Below the pieces are notes generated by a model. That model saw only the letters and a list, made by a program, of their open reading frames with translations. It searched no databases and was not told the origin of the DNA. Below are positions 35,601 through 49,800 of a stretch of DNA of 64,000 nt, one piece after another. The translations under genes were made by a program, and so were the position numbers. Numbering within the stretch: the first letter of the stretch is position 1; every line of letters starts with the position of its first letter. The DNA comes from Macrostomum lignano (Eukaryota), in assembly GCA_002269645.1 (NCBI GenBank), contig NIVC01000576.1, positions 169,089 through 233,088 on the forward strand, given 5' to 3'.

Positions 35601-38600
35601 ATCAATCTATTTAGATACTGAGGTCAAATGAGGTCAATCAATCTATTTAGATACTGAGGTCAACTGAGGTCAATCAATCTATTTAGATACTGAGGTCAAC
35701 TGAGGTCAGTCAATCCAATTAGATACCGAGGTCAACTGAGGTCAGTCAATCTATTTAGATACTGAGGTCAACTGAGGTCAGTCAATCTAATTAGATACTG
35801 AGGTAAAAAGTCTATTTAGATGTATTGATACTTGGGGTCAACTGAGGTCAATCAATCTATTTAGATACTGAGGTCAAATGAGGTCAATCAATCTATTTAG
35901 ATACTGAGGTCAAATGAGGTCAATCAATCTATTTAGATACTGAGGTCAACTGAGGTCAATCAATCTATTTAGATACTGAGGTCAAATGAGGTCAATCAAT
36001 CTATTTAAATACTGAGGTCAACTGAGGTCAGTCAATCTATTTAGATACTGAGGTCAACTGAGGTCAGTCAATCTGTTTAGATACTGAGGTCAACTGAGGT
36101 CAATCGTTGTTGATATTGTCGATGCTAGGAGGTCAATTAAGGTCAATCAAATGAATTAGATCAATTAACGCAGTTCCTCACCTTCACAATAGTGATGCCA
36201 TCGAACATGTACCGAATCTGGTCGATGTACACATCGAAAGGCTGATTCGTGGCAGTGGCTTGCGGGTAGGTCTTCTCAATGGCGGGGTCGTGAATCGTCC
36301 AGTGCCGCCTGGGTATGTTCTTTGGCTGTCGGACCGGCCTGGGAGGGCGGAGAGGAGAGATTTTAATGAGGGATTGATGAGGGATTGATGAGGGAACTAT
36401 TTAGGAGTCAGTCTGGGGTGGGGAAGTCAATGACGGAGTCAATGACAGAGTCAACGGGGGAGGCAATGAGGGAGTCAATGGGGGAGTCAACGGAGAGTCA
36501 ATGGGGGAGTCAAGTCAATGAGGGATTCAATGGGGGAGTCAATAGAGGAATCAATAGGGGAGTCAATGGGGGAGTCAATGAGGGAGTCAATCGGATAGTC
36601 AATGAGGGGGTCAATGGGGGAGTCAATGGGGGTCAGTTATGGCTCACTCGGGCTCCTCCGCAGGCGGCGGGGTCTCCGGAGGCGGTGGCAGCGGGCTGGG
36701 AGTCTTCTCCTTGGCGGGCTCTTCTTGAGGCGGCGGCAGAATCACCAGCGGGCTGGGGGCCTCGCTGATGGGGTAGCCGTGCAAGCTGATCTCGGAGAAG
36801 TCGCCCAGGTAGGCTGGGAATGATTTTATATGGCCGGTTTGTCATCATTCATTTATCATTTATCATTTATTGTCATTTAGGTGAATCCCTAATTAGAGAT
36901 CCCATCATTCAAGGTATGAATCCCTAATTAGAGATCCCATCATTCAAGGTATGAATCCCTAATTAGAGATCCCATCATTCAAGGTATGAATCCCCAATTA
37001 GAGATCCCATCATTCAAGGTATGAATCCTTAATTAGAGATCCCATCATTCAAGGTATGAATCCCTAATTAGAGATCCCACCATTCAAGGTATGAATCCCT
37101 AATTAGAGATCCCACCATTCAAGGTATGAATCCCTAATTAGAGATCCCATCATTCAAGGTATGAATCCCTAATTAGAGATCCCATCATTTAAGGTATGAA
37201 TCACTAATTAGAGATCCCACCATTCACGTTTCGACAAACAGCAATGCAGCAGTGGTCGCTCACCATTCACTAAGCCGTCCCTGTAATCCGCTGCCTGCTG
37301 CCGCTCTTCTGGGTCGTCTTCTACAACACGGTGAGAAAATGCCTTACTGAATCTTTCCATTCTTGTCTACCTCTCACCTTTTGTCTCTACCTAGGGTTAT
37401 CTTTCTCTCCTGTTTACCTGATCATATTCACACCTATTCCTACCTTCCTCATGCTTCTCATTTCTTATCCTGATCCCATTTCCCATTCTGATCCCTTTTC
37501 CGATCCTGATCCCATTTCCCATCCTGATCTTATTTCCCATCTTGATCTTATTTCCCATCCTGATCTTATTTCCCATCCTGATCCCATTTCTTATCCTGAT
37601 CATCTCATCCCCCATTCTGATCCCATTTTCCATCCTGATCATCCCATTCTCCACCCTGATCCCATTCCCCATCCTGATCCTATTTCCCATCCTGATCGCA
37701 TTTCCCTTCCTGATCACATTTCCTCAATCCGATCCTTTCTTCCCATCCCTTTATTCTCCATCATGTTCCCCTTATCTTTCCTTTCCCCTTCTTCCATTAT
37801 ATCCCACCGTCAAAGTCCGGCAGCTCCCCGGGCTGCCAGCCGAGCGGATCGTCCGGCAGGTGTCCGGGATAGATCGGGCACGTGATGCGGAATCGCTTGA
37901 CAGCGTCGAACTGACCGTTGCTAAGGCGCTCGTAGGGGGTCACTCTGGCCCAGCCGAGAATTACTGCGGGACGATGGGCATAAGTGAGTTGATACATAAT
38001 GCTCAATTGCTAGAGTGCTCAATCCCCAGAGTGCTCAATCCCCAGAGTGCTCAATCCCCAGAGTGCTCAATCCCCAGAGTGCTCAATCCACAGAGTGCTC
38101 AATCCCCAGAGTGCTCAATCCCCAGAGTGCTCAATCCCCAGAGTGCTCAATCCACAGAGTGCTCAATCCCCAGAGTGCTCAACCCGTTTAGAGTTCTCAA
38201 TCCCCAGAGTGCTCAATCCCCAGAGTACTCAACTCCCAGACTGCTCAATCTTTAGAGTGCTAAATCCCCAGAGTGCTTAATCGACAGAGTGCTCATTCCC
38301 CAGAGTGCTCAATCCCTAGAGTGCTCAATCCCCAGAGTGCTCAATCCCCAGAGTGCTCAACCCTTGTAGAGTGCTCAATCCCCAGAGTGCTCAACCCTTG
38401 TAGAGTGCTCAATCCCCAGAGTGCTCAACCCTAGTAGAGTGCTCAATCCCCAGAGTGCTCAACCCTAGTAGAGTGCTCAATCCCCAGAGTGCTCAATCCC
38501 CAGAGTACTCAATCCCCAGAGTGCTCAACCCTTGTAGAGTGCTCAATCCCCAGAGTGCTCAACCCTTGTAGAGTGCTCAATCCCCAGAGTGCTCAATCCC

Positions 38601-41600
38601 CAGAGTGCTCAATCCCCAGAGTGCTCAATTCCCAGAGTGCTCAATTCCCAGAGTGCTCAATCCCCAGAGTGCTCAATCCCCAGAGTGCTCAATTCCCAGA
38701 GTGCTCAATTCCCAGAGTGCTCAATTCCCAGAGCGCTCAATCCCCAGAGTGCTCAATTCCCAGAGCGCTCAATCCCCAGAGTGCTCAATCCCCAAAGTGC
38801 CCAACAAACCCGGATCTGAGTCGGGGGGCTCATAGCGCAGCTGCACCAGCAGGTAGGGCAGGGCGCCCAGGTCAGACTCCAAATCGTATTGAGCCACATC
38901 GACCTCCGGAAAATCGCATTTATCATCATAGGGCAGCTGCAACGTTCGAAACTCGGTTTGGTCCTCGATTGGTTTCAACTCGCCCCGCTGGCGAAGCAAA
39001 TGAGAATTAATTCCCACGGCTCCGTAGCGCCTTCGAATTTCAACTGTCAGATGCTTCTCGGAGAACGAGCTCGCCAGTAGTTTCTGACGGGTGTTTTGAG
39101 AAAAATGTGATAAAAATGCATTTTTGTACTAACAGTAATAAAATTAGAATGTGGTTGTTTGTTAGAAATTTGAACTTTTTTGTAGACTGTCATTTGAGCA
39201 TTCTTTTGATTTAGCGATTATCTATCTACCGATATGTATTAAAAAAGTTCAATAATCTTTTATAAATTCTCATTTCACGGCTTTCTATCGATATGCATCG
39301 AATATTAGTTTTTATCAAGAATTGTATGCTGGTACACTGCCGATATGTATCGAAGATTTGTTTTTTGTGCCAACTAACAATATTGTGACCAAATAAACAC
39401 GAAACAAAAATTATTAATGTGAATCTTATTTGCCTTGACATCTCAACAATTCCCCCCGTAAGCCGTGACATTCGACACGTTTGAAATGACGCAACCTTTT
39501 GCTTAATATTTTTATTATAATAAATTTCTTAGATAGTAAAATAATCCCTTTCTCAGCTAGTGCAATAACCATGTCTTAGCTAGTGCAATTATCCATGTCT
39601 CAGCTAGTGCAATTATCCATGTCTCAGCTAGTGCAATTATCCATGTCTCAGCTAGTGCAATTATCCATGTCTCAGCTAGTGCAATTATCCATGTCTCAGC
39701 TAGTGCAATTATCCATGTCTCAGCTAGTGCAATTATCTATGTCTCAGCTAGTGCAATTATCCATGTCTCAGCTAGTGCAATTATCCATGTCTCAGCTAGT
39801 GCAATTATCCATGTCTCAGCTAGTGCAATTATCCATGTCTCAGCTAGTGCAATTATCCATGTCTCAGCTAGTGCAATTATCCATGTCTCAGCTAGTGCAA
39901 TTATCCATGTCTCAGCTAGTGCAATTATCCATGTCTCAGCTAGTGCAATTATCCATGTCTCAGCTTTTATGTTTAACATTTTATAAAAGCTTTTAAAGCC
40001 ACGGGAAAACAGTGAAGTGTACATGCCTAACGATAAATAAAGTCAGGGCTGCTGTGCACTCCTGTGTGTGAGCCTGTGCGTATGACTGCGTACTCATCTG
40101 CTTGTGTGCCTGCTCAGGGGAGTCGGCGGAATGGGCAGCAATGCCTATCGCCGGTTGTGTGACAATGTCGCTTAAACTTAAAGTTGATAAACCTGATAAA
40201 AAAGGCTAACCACATATTAATACGTTAAGGAAGTTAGAAATTGAGAGCTGGTTTGGAGCTACAAGTACTGCATGATGCAAGCAGCCTGGCAGAGGGACGC
40301 CTTAATTGGAAAGGCCAAGGCAGTTGAGGAAAACCGCGACTATAGCTGGGTCCTGTGTTAACTTCTCCTAGCCCCCACCAACCTCTGTCGCTATGCGCCT
40401 GCTTCATCCTCGCATAGAGCCCGCTATGGAATAAAGTTTGCCGCTCTATTCAGAAACTGCATTCCCCTGAAAGCTCTGTTTACCTGTTACCAATAGCAAC
40501 GAAAGCTATGTTCCTCTTCTCTGGAAAGAATTTCTCAAACAATTTTTAATTGAGAGCCTGCGCTCCACAGAGAGAGGACCTTAGGCGCTCTCAGAAGATT
40601 TCCTACTCCGCTAAAAAAGTGTTGAATCCTATCCCAAGCATATCCATGCATCTGACTGTGCTGTCTGCGATCTGGTCCGCAGTTTTCTTGCTGGCGATCG
40701 GCCCGGTGATGTCTGACCAGAACTGCCCAGCTCCGTTCCAGCTGCACTCAGCCACCCGGCTGTGCCTGCTCATCGAGTCCAGCGAGAGCTACAGCTGGTG
40801 CTCCGCCAACCGAAGGTGCGATGAGCTGGGCGGAGAACTTATCAGCTCGCCGGAGTCCATCGTTGCGCTGCTCGCCTCGAATCTGGTTGACAACATCACG
40901 GTTGACATGTGGACTGGACTCACCGATCTGGGCTACGAAGTTGGAAAGAACAGGACAGGCTGGCAGAGAGTCAACGGCGGCGGCGAGTTTCCTAGAAATG
41001 ACTCGCTCTGGTGCTGTGGTGAGCCAAGTGACGGCTATCAGCAGAACTGCGTTCGTTTTGTAACGAATCGGGGCCTCGGCGACAGAGCCTGCAGCCATTT
41101 GCTCGGCTTCGTCTGCCAGTTCGTGGAGCCGCCTGCCGCCAACAAGTCCGCCGGCTACTGGACTCCAGCTGAGTTCAAGAGAACCCGGAACGACACGTAC
41201 TACTGCCACGAGGAGCTGCAGCCGGTGGACTCGCTGAAAGCCTGCCTGATCACAGCCTCCCTGGGCGGCAGCAGGTGCCGCAGCGCTCTGTACAACAGCC
41301 GGCTGGCCGCCTGCCGCCTGCTGCAGTTCGCCGACGCTCCGGTCGATCCGGAAATCGAGAGCAGCCCGGACTGGGTCAAGCTGGTCAGGGGCTGAGTGGG
41401 TCAAGCTGGTCAGGGGCTGAGTGGGTCAGGCTGGTCAGGGGCTGAGTGGGTCAAGCTGGTCAGGGGCTGAGTGGGTCAAGCTGGTCAGGGTGTGAGTGGG
41501 TCAAGCTGGTCAGGGGCTGAGTGGGTCAGACTGGTCAGGGGCTGAGTGGGTCAAGCTGGTCAGGGGCTAAGTAGGTCAAGCTAGTCAAGGGCTGAGTGGG

Positions 41601-44600
41601 TCAAGCTGGTCAGGGGCTGAGTGGGTCAGACTGGTCAGGGGCTGAGTGGGTCAAGCTAGTCAGGGGCTAAGTAGGTCAAGCTAGTCAAGGGCTGAGTGGG
41701 TCAAGCTGGTCAGGGGCTGAGTGGGTCAGACTGATCAGGGGCTGAGTGGGTCAAGCTAGTCAGGGGCTAAGTGGGTCAAGCTAGTCAAGGGCTGAGTGGG
41801 TCAAGCTAGTCAGGGGCTGAGTTGAGTGGTTTTTTAGTTTTTTAATTTTTTAGTTTTCATAGATTTGAGTTGTTGATGGAGACTAATCAGGAACCAAGAA
41901 TTTGCTTTAGGAAAGAACACTTTTCTTAAAAAAAATTAGAAAGAACCTTAATTTTTTTATCTTCAGAAAAAAGTCCACACTTTTTATTGTAAACCTTGTT
42001 AAACTATTTTGTGTCAAGTGCAGACCAGTTATTTCATTTTCTGTTCTTAACTTCAATAGATTGGATATAATATGTGGGAAAAACTACAAACGCCGCTAAT
42101 AAACTTTGAAACTAAATCGAATAAGTTTTAATAAAACTGCTCTAATAATTATATTTATTGTTAAACTAAACTAACTCAAGGACACCAATTTATTCATTTC
42201 TTTCATTGTCTTTTTCATACAAGGAGGTTGTAGCCTAGTGGCTAGAGCGTCGGACTCACGACTTGAAGGTCGGGGGTTCGATTCCCGATCCCACTGGAAC
42301 AATTTGTGTCCTTGAGCAAGAGACACTTAACTCTGCATTGCTTCAGTTCACCCAGCTGTAAAATGGGTGCCAGCATTAGCTGAAGTGATTGAGGCTGTGT
42401 GTGGCGACCAAACAACCGTACGCAGCCTTGAGATGCTCCGCGCAATAGCTGCGGCTGAGCTGTCGGTTGCACATCTGGCCCAATTGGGGCAGGTGTAATC
42501 GATTATTAAATAACTATTTCTCATACAAAAAATGAAGTTGAGAAGAGCGCGGTAAACTTCAAAGGGCGGTTTTTCATACATGTACATTGATTTGAACAGT
42601 GGGACCGCTTTTGCAAGTGGAGCATATCATATTTTTCATATCGTAAGATTCTTCTATTATAAGTGTTGCAAATGTTGTAAGTGTATCGAAGATTAACCAA
42701 ATAATGGTTGATGATTACCTAAGCCAAACGGCCAATATGCGAGCTTGTGCCTCTAGTTTAAAAAACTGGTCATAATTTGTTCTATTTTGTTAGAAGGTAA
42801 TTCTCCTCACTATGATCTAGTTTTAAAGCTGAAGCTGAGTTTTAAAGCTGAGTAGACTACCGATATGTATCGAAAATGAGATTTCTCACAGCAATCAGCC
42901 CTGTAAGTACCTGTCTAGCCTCGTAGCTTCAGCGACTCCAAGTCGTATACTTGACACTACCGATATGTATTGAAAAATTGTTTCAATAATCTTATATAAA
43001 TTATTATTTCGCGGCCCTCTACCGATATGTATCGAAGATTTGTTTTAGCAAAAATTGTATGCTGGTAGACTACCGATATGTATCGAAGATTTGTTTTAGC
43101 AACAATTGTATTCTGGTAGACTACCGATATGTATCGAACATTTGTTTGCTAGTAGACTACTGATATGTATCGAACATTTGTTTTAGCAACAATTGTATGC
43201 TGGTAACCGATATGTATAGAAAATGAGATTCCTCACAGCAACCAGCCCAGTAAGTACCTGTCTAGCCCCGTCCTTCATCAGCTGCAGCTTCAGCGACACC
43301 AAGTCGATCCAGAGTCCCGGCAGCGGAATCGGCTGCAACGGCGTCGCCGGCACGGGCGTCGGGGAGCCGACTTCCGGGTCCGGCGGCGGCGGCTCCTCCA
43401 GCTTGCGTCGGTTCATTTCCGGCACCAGGCTGGGATCGCCGCGATCCTGCAGGTGGCACCAGGCCCGGATGAAATCGGCCGTATAGATCTCGCGCGGCCC
43501 GTTGAGAAACACCGACTTCATCTGCGGGTAGTCCTGGGCGGACATGAACCGGTCGCGCAGTAGGAACAGGGCAGCCAGCGCCGCGTCCTCGATGGTCGCC
43601 GAGGCGAAGTCGGTCAGGAAGCACTGGTCCCAGTAGAACATGGCCGCGTGCAGGCCCAGGACACCGACGAAGCCCTGGGGAGCGAGCGACAGTGTTCAAG
43701 ATGTAACTCTTCACTGTCTGGTTTTCTACCTCATTCCCGCTGTGCTTCCCTGTTTGATTTCTTATCTGCTTCCTTGCTTAATTTATACTTTACTCTCCTC
43801 CCCATTATCCCCATTCTCCTCCCCATCTTCCTCCCCATCCTCCTCCTCATCCTCCTCCCTATCCTCCTCCCTATCCTCCTCCCTATCCTCCTCCCCATCC
43901 TCCTCCCTATCCTCCTCCCCATCCTTCTCCCTATCCTCCTCCCCATCCTACTCCCTATCCTCCTCCCCATCCTACTCCCTATCCTCCTCCCTATCCTCCT
44001 CCCCATCCTTCTCCCTATCCTCCTCCCCATCCTACTCCCTATCCTCCTCCCCATCCTACTCCCTATCCTCCTCCCCATCTTTCTCCCTATCCTCCTCCCC
44101 ATCCTACTCCCTATCCTCCTCCCCATCCTACTCCCTATCCTCCTCTCCATCCTACTCCCTATCCTCCTCCCCATCCTACTCCCTATCCTCCTCCCCATCC
44201 TACTCCCTATCCTCCTCCCCATCCTTCTCCCTATCCTCCTCCCCATCCTACTCCCTATCCTCCTCCCCATCCTTCTCCCTATCCTCCTCCCCATCCTACT
44301 CCCTATCCTCCTCCCCATCCTACTCCCTATCCTTCTCCCCATCCTACTCCCTATCCTCCTCCCCATCCTTCTCCCTATCCTCCTCCCCATCCTTCTCCCT
44401 ATCCTCCTCCCCATCCTTCTCCCTATCCTCCTCCCCATCCTTCTCCCTATCCTCCTCCCCATCTTTCTCCCTATCCTCCTCCCCATCCTTCTCCCTATCC
44501 TCCTCCCCATCCTTCTCCCTATCCTCCTCCCCATCCTACTCCCTATCCTCCTCCCCATCCTACTCCCTATCCTCCTCCCCATCCTACTCCCTATCCTCCT

Positions 44601-45980
44601 CCCCATCTTTCTCCCTATCCTCCTCCCTATCCTCCTCCCCATCCTACTCCCTATCCTCCTCCCCATCTTTCTCCCTATCCTCCTCCCCATCCTACTCCCT
44701 ATCCTCCTCCCCATCTTTCTCCCTATCCTCCTCCCCATCCTTCTCCCTATCCTCCTCCCCATCCTTCTCCCTATCCTCCTCCCCATCCTTCTCCCTATCC
44801 TCCTCCCCATCTTTCTCCCTATCCTCCTCCCCATCCTTCTCCCTATCCTCCTCCCCATCCTTCTCCCTATCCTCCTCCCCATCCTACTCCCTATCCTCCT
44901 CCCCATCCTACTCCCTATCCTCCTCCCCATCCTACTCCCTATCCTCCTCCCCATCTTTCTCCCTATCCTCCTCCCTATCCTCCTCCCCATCCTACTCCCT
45001 ACCCTCCTCCCCATCCTTCTCCCTATCCTCCTCACCATCCTCCTCCCTATCCTCCCCATCCTCCTCCCTATCCTCCTCCCTATCCTCCTCCCCATCCTAC
45101 TCCCTATCCTCCTCCCTATCCTCCTCCCTATCCTCCTCCCTATCCTCCTCTCTATTTTTCATCCTTCCCACATCTTCCCCATTCTCCTCCCCAATACTCC
45201 TCATCCTTCTCCTCATCCTCCGCCCATTCTTCTCCCTATTCTTCATCATTACCTCATCTTCACCATCCTTTTCCCCATCTTTGCAGGTAGGGAACTACAA
45301 GGCTACAAAGCTATTTAAGAGCCGAATTCCATTGACCCCGTAACAGAAATGGCCTGTCTGTGTCTCTCTCTGCCGTGACTCCTAAAAGAAACCCGATACC
45401 AGTGTTTCAGCATCGCTGTTTTGCAAGCTGCTTATCTCAGCTCTCAGTTTCAGTTATACTGCACCGCTAAGCAACTGAAAAGCGGAAGAACAAGAAAATT
45501 AGAATTCTCTTAATGAGCGCAGGTGACTAATGGGTCGGATGCTGGCCAGGTAAACACAGATGAAGATTCAATTCGAGTTGGCCAGCTTATCGAACCATGC
45601 CTTGAGGACACAGGAAGAGAGAATTATAAAGGAGAACTTTCTCGTTTCTTTTTGGTCAATAAACTGGTAAATAAAGCTGTTTTGCGGGTAAGCTAACTTG
45701 TTGAAAATTCTAAGAGTATCGTAAAACTCACTATGTGCTGTGCGCCACTCTGGACACAGAGAATGCGTCAATTGCCAATGTGAATGAAGTATCGCGAGGA
45801 AAAACGCGCAAAAAATGTGCGGGTTTACACTCATTTACAGAATAAGATTACAAAATGAGATTGACACAGGGGGCACCTGGAGAGGAGTGGAGGAGAGAGG
45901 GGAGAAAGGAGAGGGGAGAGAGGGGAGAGAATAAAGGGGAGAGAAGAGAGGGGAGTGAAGAGAGGGAGAGAAGAGAGGGG

Positions 45981-46058
<78 letters not shown>

Positions 46059-46084
46059 AGGGGAGAGAAGAGAGGGGAGAGAAC

Positions 46085-46123
<39 letters not shown>

Positions 46124-46170
46124 AGGGGAGAGAAGAGAGGGGAGTGAAGAGAGGGGAGAGAAGAGAGGGG

Positions 46171-46211
<41 letters not shown>

Positions 46212-46260
46212 AGGGGAGAGAAGAGAGGAGAGAGAGGGGAGAGAACAGAGGGGAGAGAAC

Positions 46261-46336
<76 letters not shown>

Positions 46337-46390
46337 AGGGGAGAGAAGAGAGGGGAGAGAACAGAGGGGAGAGAAGAGAGGGGAGAGAAC

Positions 46391-46429
<39 letters not shown>

Positions 46430-46475
46430 AGGGGAGAGAAGAGAGGGGAGTGAAGAGAGGGGAGAAAAGAGAGGG

Positions 46476-46558
<83 letters not shown>

Positions 46559-46583
46559 AGGGGAGAGAAGAGAGGGAGAGAAC

Positions 46584-46636
<53 letters not shown>

Positions 46637-46722
46637 AGGGGAGAGAAGAGAGGAGAGAGAGGGGAGAGAGAGGGGAGAGAAGAGGGGAGAGAACAGAGGG
46701 GAGAGAAGAGAGGGGAGAGAAT

Positions 46723-46775
<53 letters not shown>

Positions 46776-46811
46776 GAAAGAGAAGAGAGGGAGAGAGAGA
46801 GGAGAGAAGAG

Positions 46812-46853
<42 letters not shown>

Positions 46854-49800
46854 CAGGAAAGAGAAGAGAGGGGAGAGAAGAGAGAAAAGAAAAAGAGGAC
46901 AGTACAGAAGAGAGAGAAGAGAGAGGGAAGAGACGAGAGAGAGTAGAAAGAAGTGGGGGAGGAGATAAAGTAGAGAGGACAGCGAGTAGACAATGAGGGT
47001 ATAGACCAGAGAAGGTGTAGATCATGTCCCTTTAAGAGCCATCAGAGCATCGGACGCGTAAAGAATCAGTTGAAACAGAACTCCTCCGAGCAGTTTAATT
47101 TGGCCTCTGGCAATAAACAAATTCGTTTCGTGGAAATACGTCCAGCTCGGAGGGAAATCAGTCGGCTGTTTTGAAATTTTGGGCTACAGCCACCCTGGGG
47201 AATCGCCCTGCCTCTAGGCTAACTCCGCAATGAGATCAATATCAGGGGGGGGGGGGCGCAGCTTTTGCATAGAGAGATTTCCCAGATCTGAGCTAGAAGC
47301 TTAAATACACTCGTACATACTCGTTAGTTTGGGACGAACTGGGGAAGTAGACAAAAAAGCGACGATCTTATTTGAGGGCTGATTGCCCGTGCAATAAAAA
47401 GACGACGGATTAATAATGGTATGCGAAGCCTGCTCCTGACCTTGAACTTAAAAACTCACTTGACTCTCTAGTGACCCCTCTGTTGACCTCTCTAGTGACC
47501 CCTCCATTGAACTCTCCAGTGACCTCTCCATTGACCTCTCCATTGACCCCTCCATTGACCTCTTCAGTGACCCCTCCATTGACCTCTCCAGTGACCTCTC
47601 CGTTGATCTCTCCAGTGACCCCAGCTCCATTGACCTCTCCAGTGCCCTTCCCCCAATTCAAGTGACCTCTCCTACCCTCCAGTGGACCTCTCTATCCCCT
47701 CTAGTGACGTCTCCAACCCTTCCAGTGACCTCTCCAACCCCTCCAAAGATGCTCGCTAAGGGCACTATTGGCACTAACCCTCGCATTTTATCTTTATGTC
47801 TTTCTATATGTCTCCAACGCTAATTACAATACTTTTATCAAACAACAATTGACCCCTCAATTAACCACTTCGCTGACCCCTAGATTGACTTCTGTCTTGA
47901 CACCTCCTACGACCTTCACATGTAATCTGCCTTCATTAACCCCACAGCAACCCAGTGGCCTCACCTCTCCGATCCACTTGCGCAAGAAGATAGCCGGATT
48001 AACGAGCACATTTTTTGACAGCCTCTGCTGCCTCGGACTGTCCGAATGTGTCCGGAGCAGACTCTGGGCCCGTTCGAATTCTTCGTGAATCACTTGGACC
48101 ATGAAATCTTTCAAATTGGCGTCGATGTTCTTTGTGGCGATGTCGATCAGGTGGGCGTGAAACTCTGGGTCGGCCTCCTTAACCAGCTCGAGGCTTCGCT
48201 CGGCAATTGCAAACACGGTTGACCATCCCGGATATGTGCCCTGGTGCAGCAGGCTGAGCAGCATCGCCAGCTCGTACACCTGCTCACCTGGAATTGGTTT
48301 CATGATGTATTCTTGGGTTTAGTTGTGTCTGCGATAGTATTCTGCTGTGTCTGCGATAGGAGTCTGTTGTGTCTGCGATAGGAGTCTGTTGTGTCTGCGA
48401 TAGGAGTCTGTTGTATCTGCGATAGGAGTCTGTTGTGTCTGCCATAGGATTCTGTTGTGTCTTCGATAGATGTCTGATGTGTCTTCGATAGGAGTCTGTT
48501 GTGTCTGCAATTGATCGTCTGTTGTGTCTGCGATAGGAGTCTGTTGTGTCTGCGATAGGAGTCTGTTGTGTCTGCAATTGATCGTCTGTTGTGTCTGCGA
48601 TAGGAGTCTGTTGTGTCTGCGATAGGAGTCTGTTGTGTCTGCAATTGATCGTCTGTTGTGTCTGCGATAGAAGTCTGTTGTGTCTGCGATAGGAGTCTGT
48701 TGTGTCTGCGATAGGAGTCTGTTGTGTCTGCGATAGGAGTCTATCGTGTCTGCGATAGGAGTCTGTTGTGTCTCCGATAGGATTCTGTTGTGTCTGCAAT
48801 AGGAGTCTGTTGTGTCTGCGATAGGATTCTGTTGTGTCCGCGATAGGAGTCTATCGTGTCTGCGATAGGAGTCTGTTGTGTCTCCGATAGGATTCTGTTG
48901 TGTCTGCAATAGGAGTCTGTTGTGTCTGCGATAGGATTCTGTTGTGTCCGCGATAGGAGTCTATCGTGTCTGCGATAGGAGTCAGTGTGTCTGCGATAGG
49001 AGTCTGTTGTGTCTTCGATAGGAGTCTGTTGTGTCTGCAATAGGATTCTGTTGTGTCTGCGATAGGAGTCTGTTGTGTCTGCGATAGGAGTCTGTTGTGT
49101 CTGCGATAGGAGTCTGTTGTGTCTGCGATAGGAGTCTGTTGTGTCTGCGATAGGAGTCTGTTGTGTCTGCGATAGGAGTCTGTTGTGTCTGCGATAGGAG
49201 TCTGTTGTGTCTGCGATAGGAGTCTGTTGTGTCTGCGATAGGAGTCTGTTGTGTCTTCGATAGGAGTCTGTTGTGTCTGCGATTGATCGTCTGTTGTGTC
49301 TTCGATAGGAGTCTGTTGTGTCTTCGATAGGATTCTGTTGTGTCTGCGATAGGAGTCTGTTGTGTCTTCGATAGGATTCTGTTGTGTCTGCAATTGATCG
49401 TCTGTTGTGTCTTCGATAGGAGTCTGTTGTGTCTGCGATAGGAGTCTGTTGTGTCTGCGATAGGAGTCTGTTGTGTCTGCGATAGGAGTAGTGTCTGTGG
49501 TTCAAAAATTGACAAAACTTCTCAAATAAATGTCTTCTTGTGTCTTAACTTTGTTCCCCCCCCCCCATTTTTTCTTACAAAAAAATCCCTTCAGGGCACA
49601 CGAGGGGATCGTTTGTCGGTTGCTCAGGTCACAAAAAATCTGCAGCTTGGTCCGACTTTATTAGGAATGGGACAGAACTGTAGATAATCAATAGTCCGCA
49701 TTATTCTTATGGTGCATTGGGAATTATATGGTATGCTCAGGTTTCCACAATTGAATGACGAAAGTTCAACATCCTTTGGCATTCCTTATCTTGATCTAGC

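Noticed and set aside
36880-37225. CRISPR-like appearance of the 35-36-bp arrays (also 32385 and 35365)
   Set aside because: Units are head-to-tail with no unique spacers, no cas genes are present, and the context is eukaryotic introns.
42223-42295. Possible tRNA-Val(CAC) gene
   Set aside because: Weak anticodon and acceptor stems, continues into a SINE body, and has a second dispersed copy; treated as a SINE head.
43640-47025. ORFs of 290-570 aa (Ser-, Leu-Pro-, Arg-Gly- or Glu-Arg-rich)
   Set aside because: Open in several frames on both strands because they are low-complexity intronic arrays.
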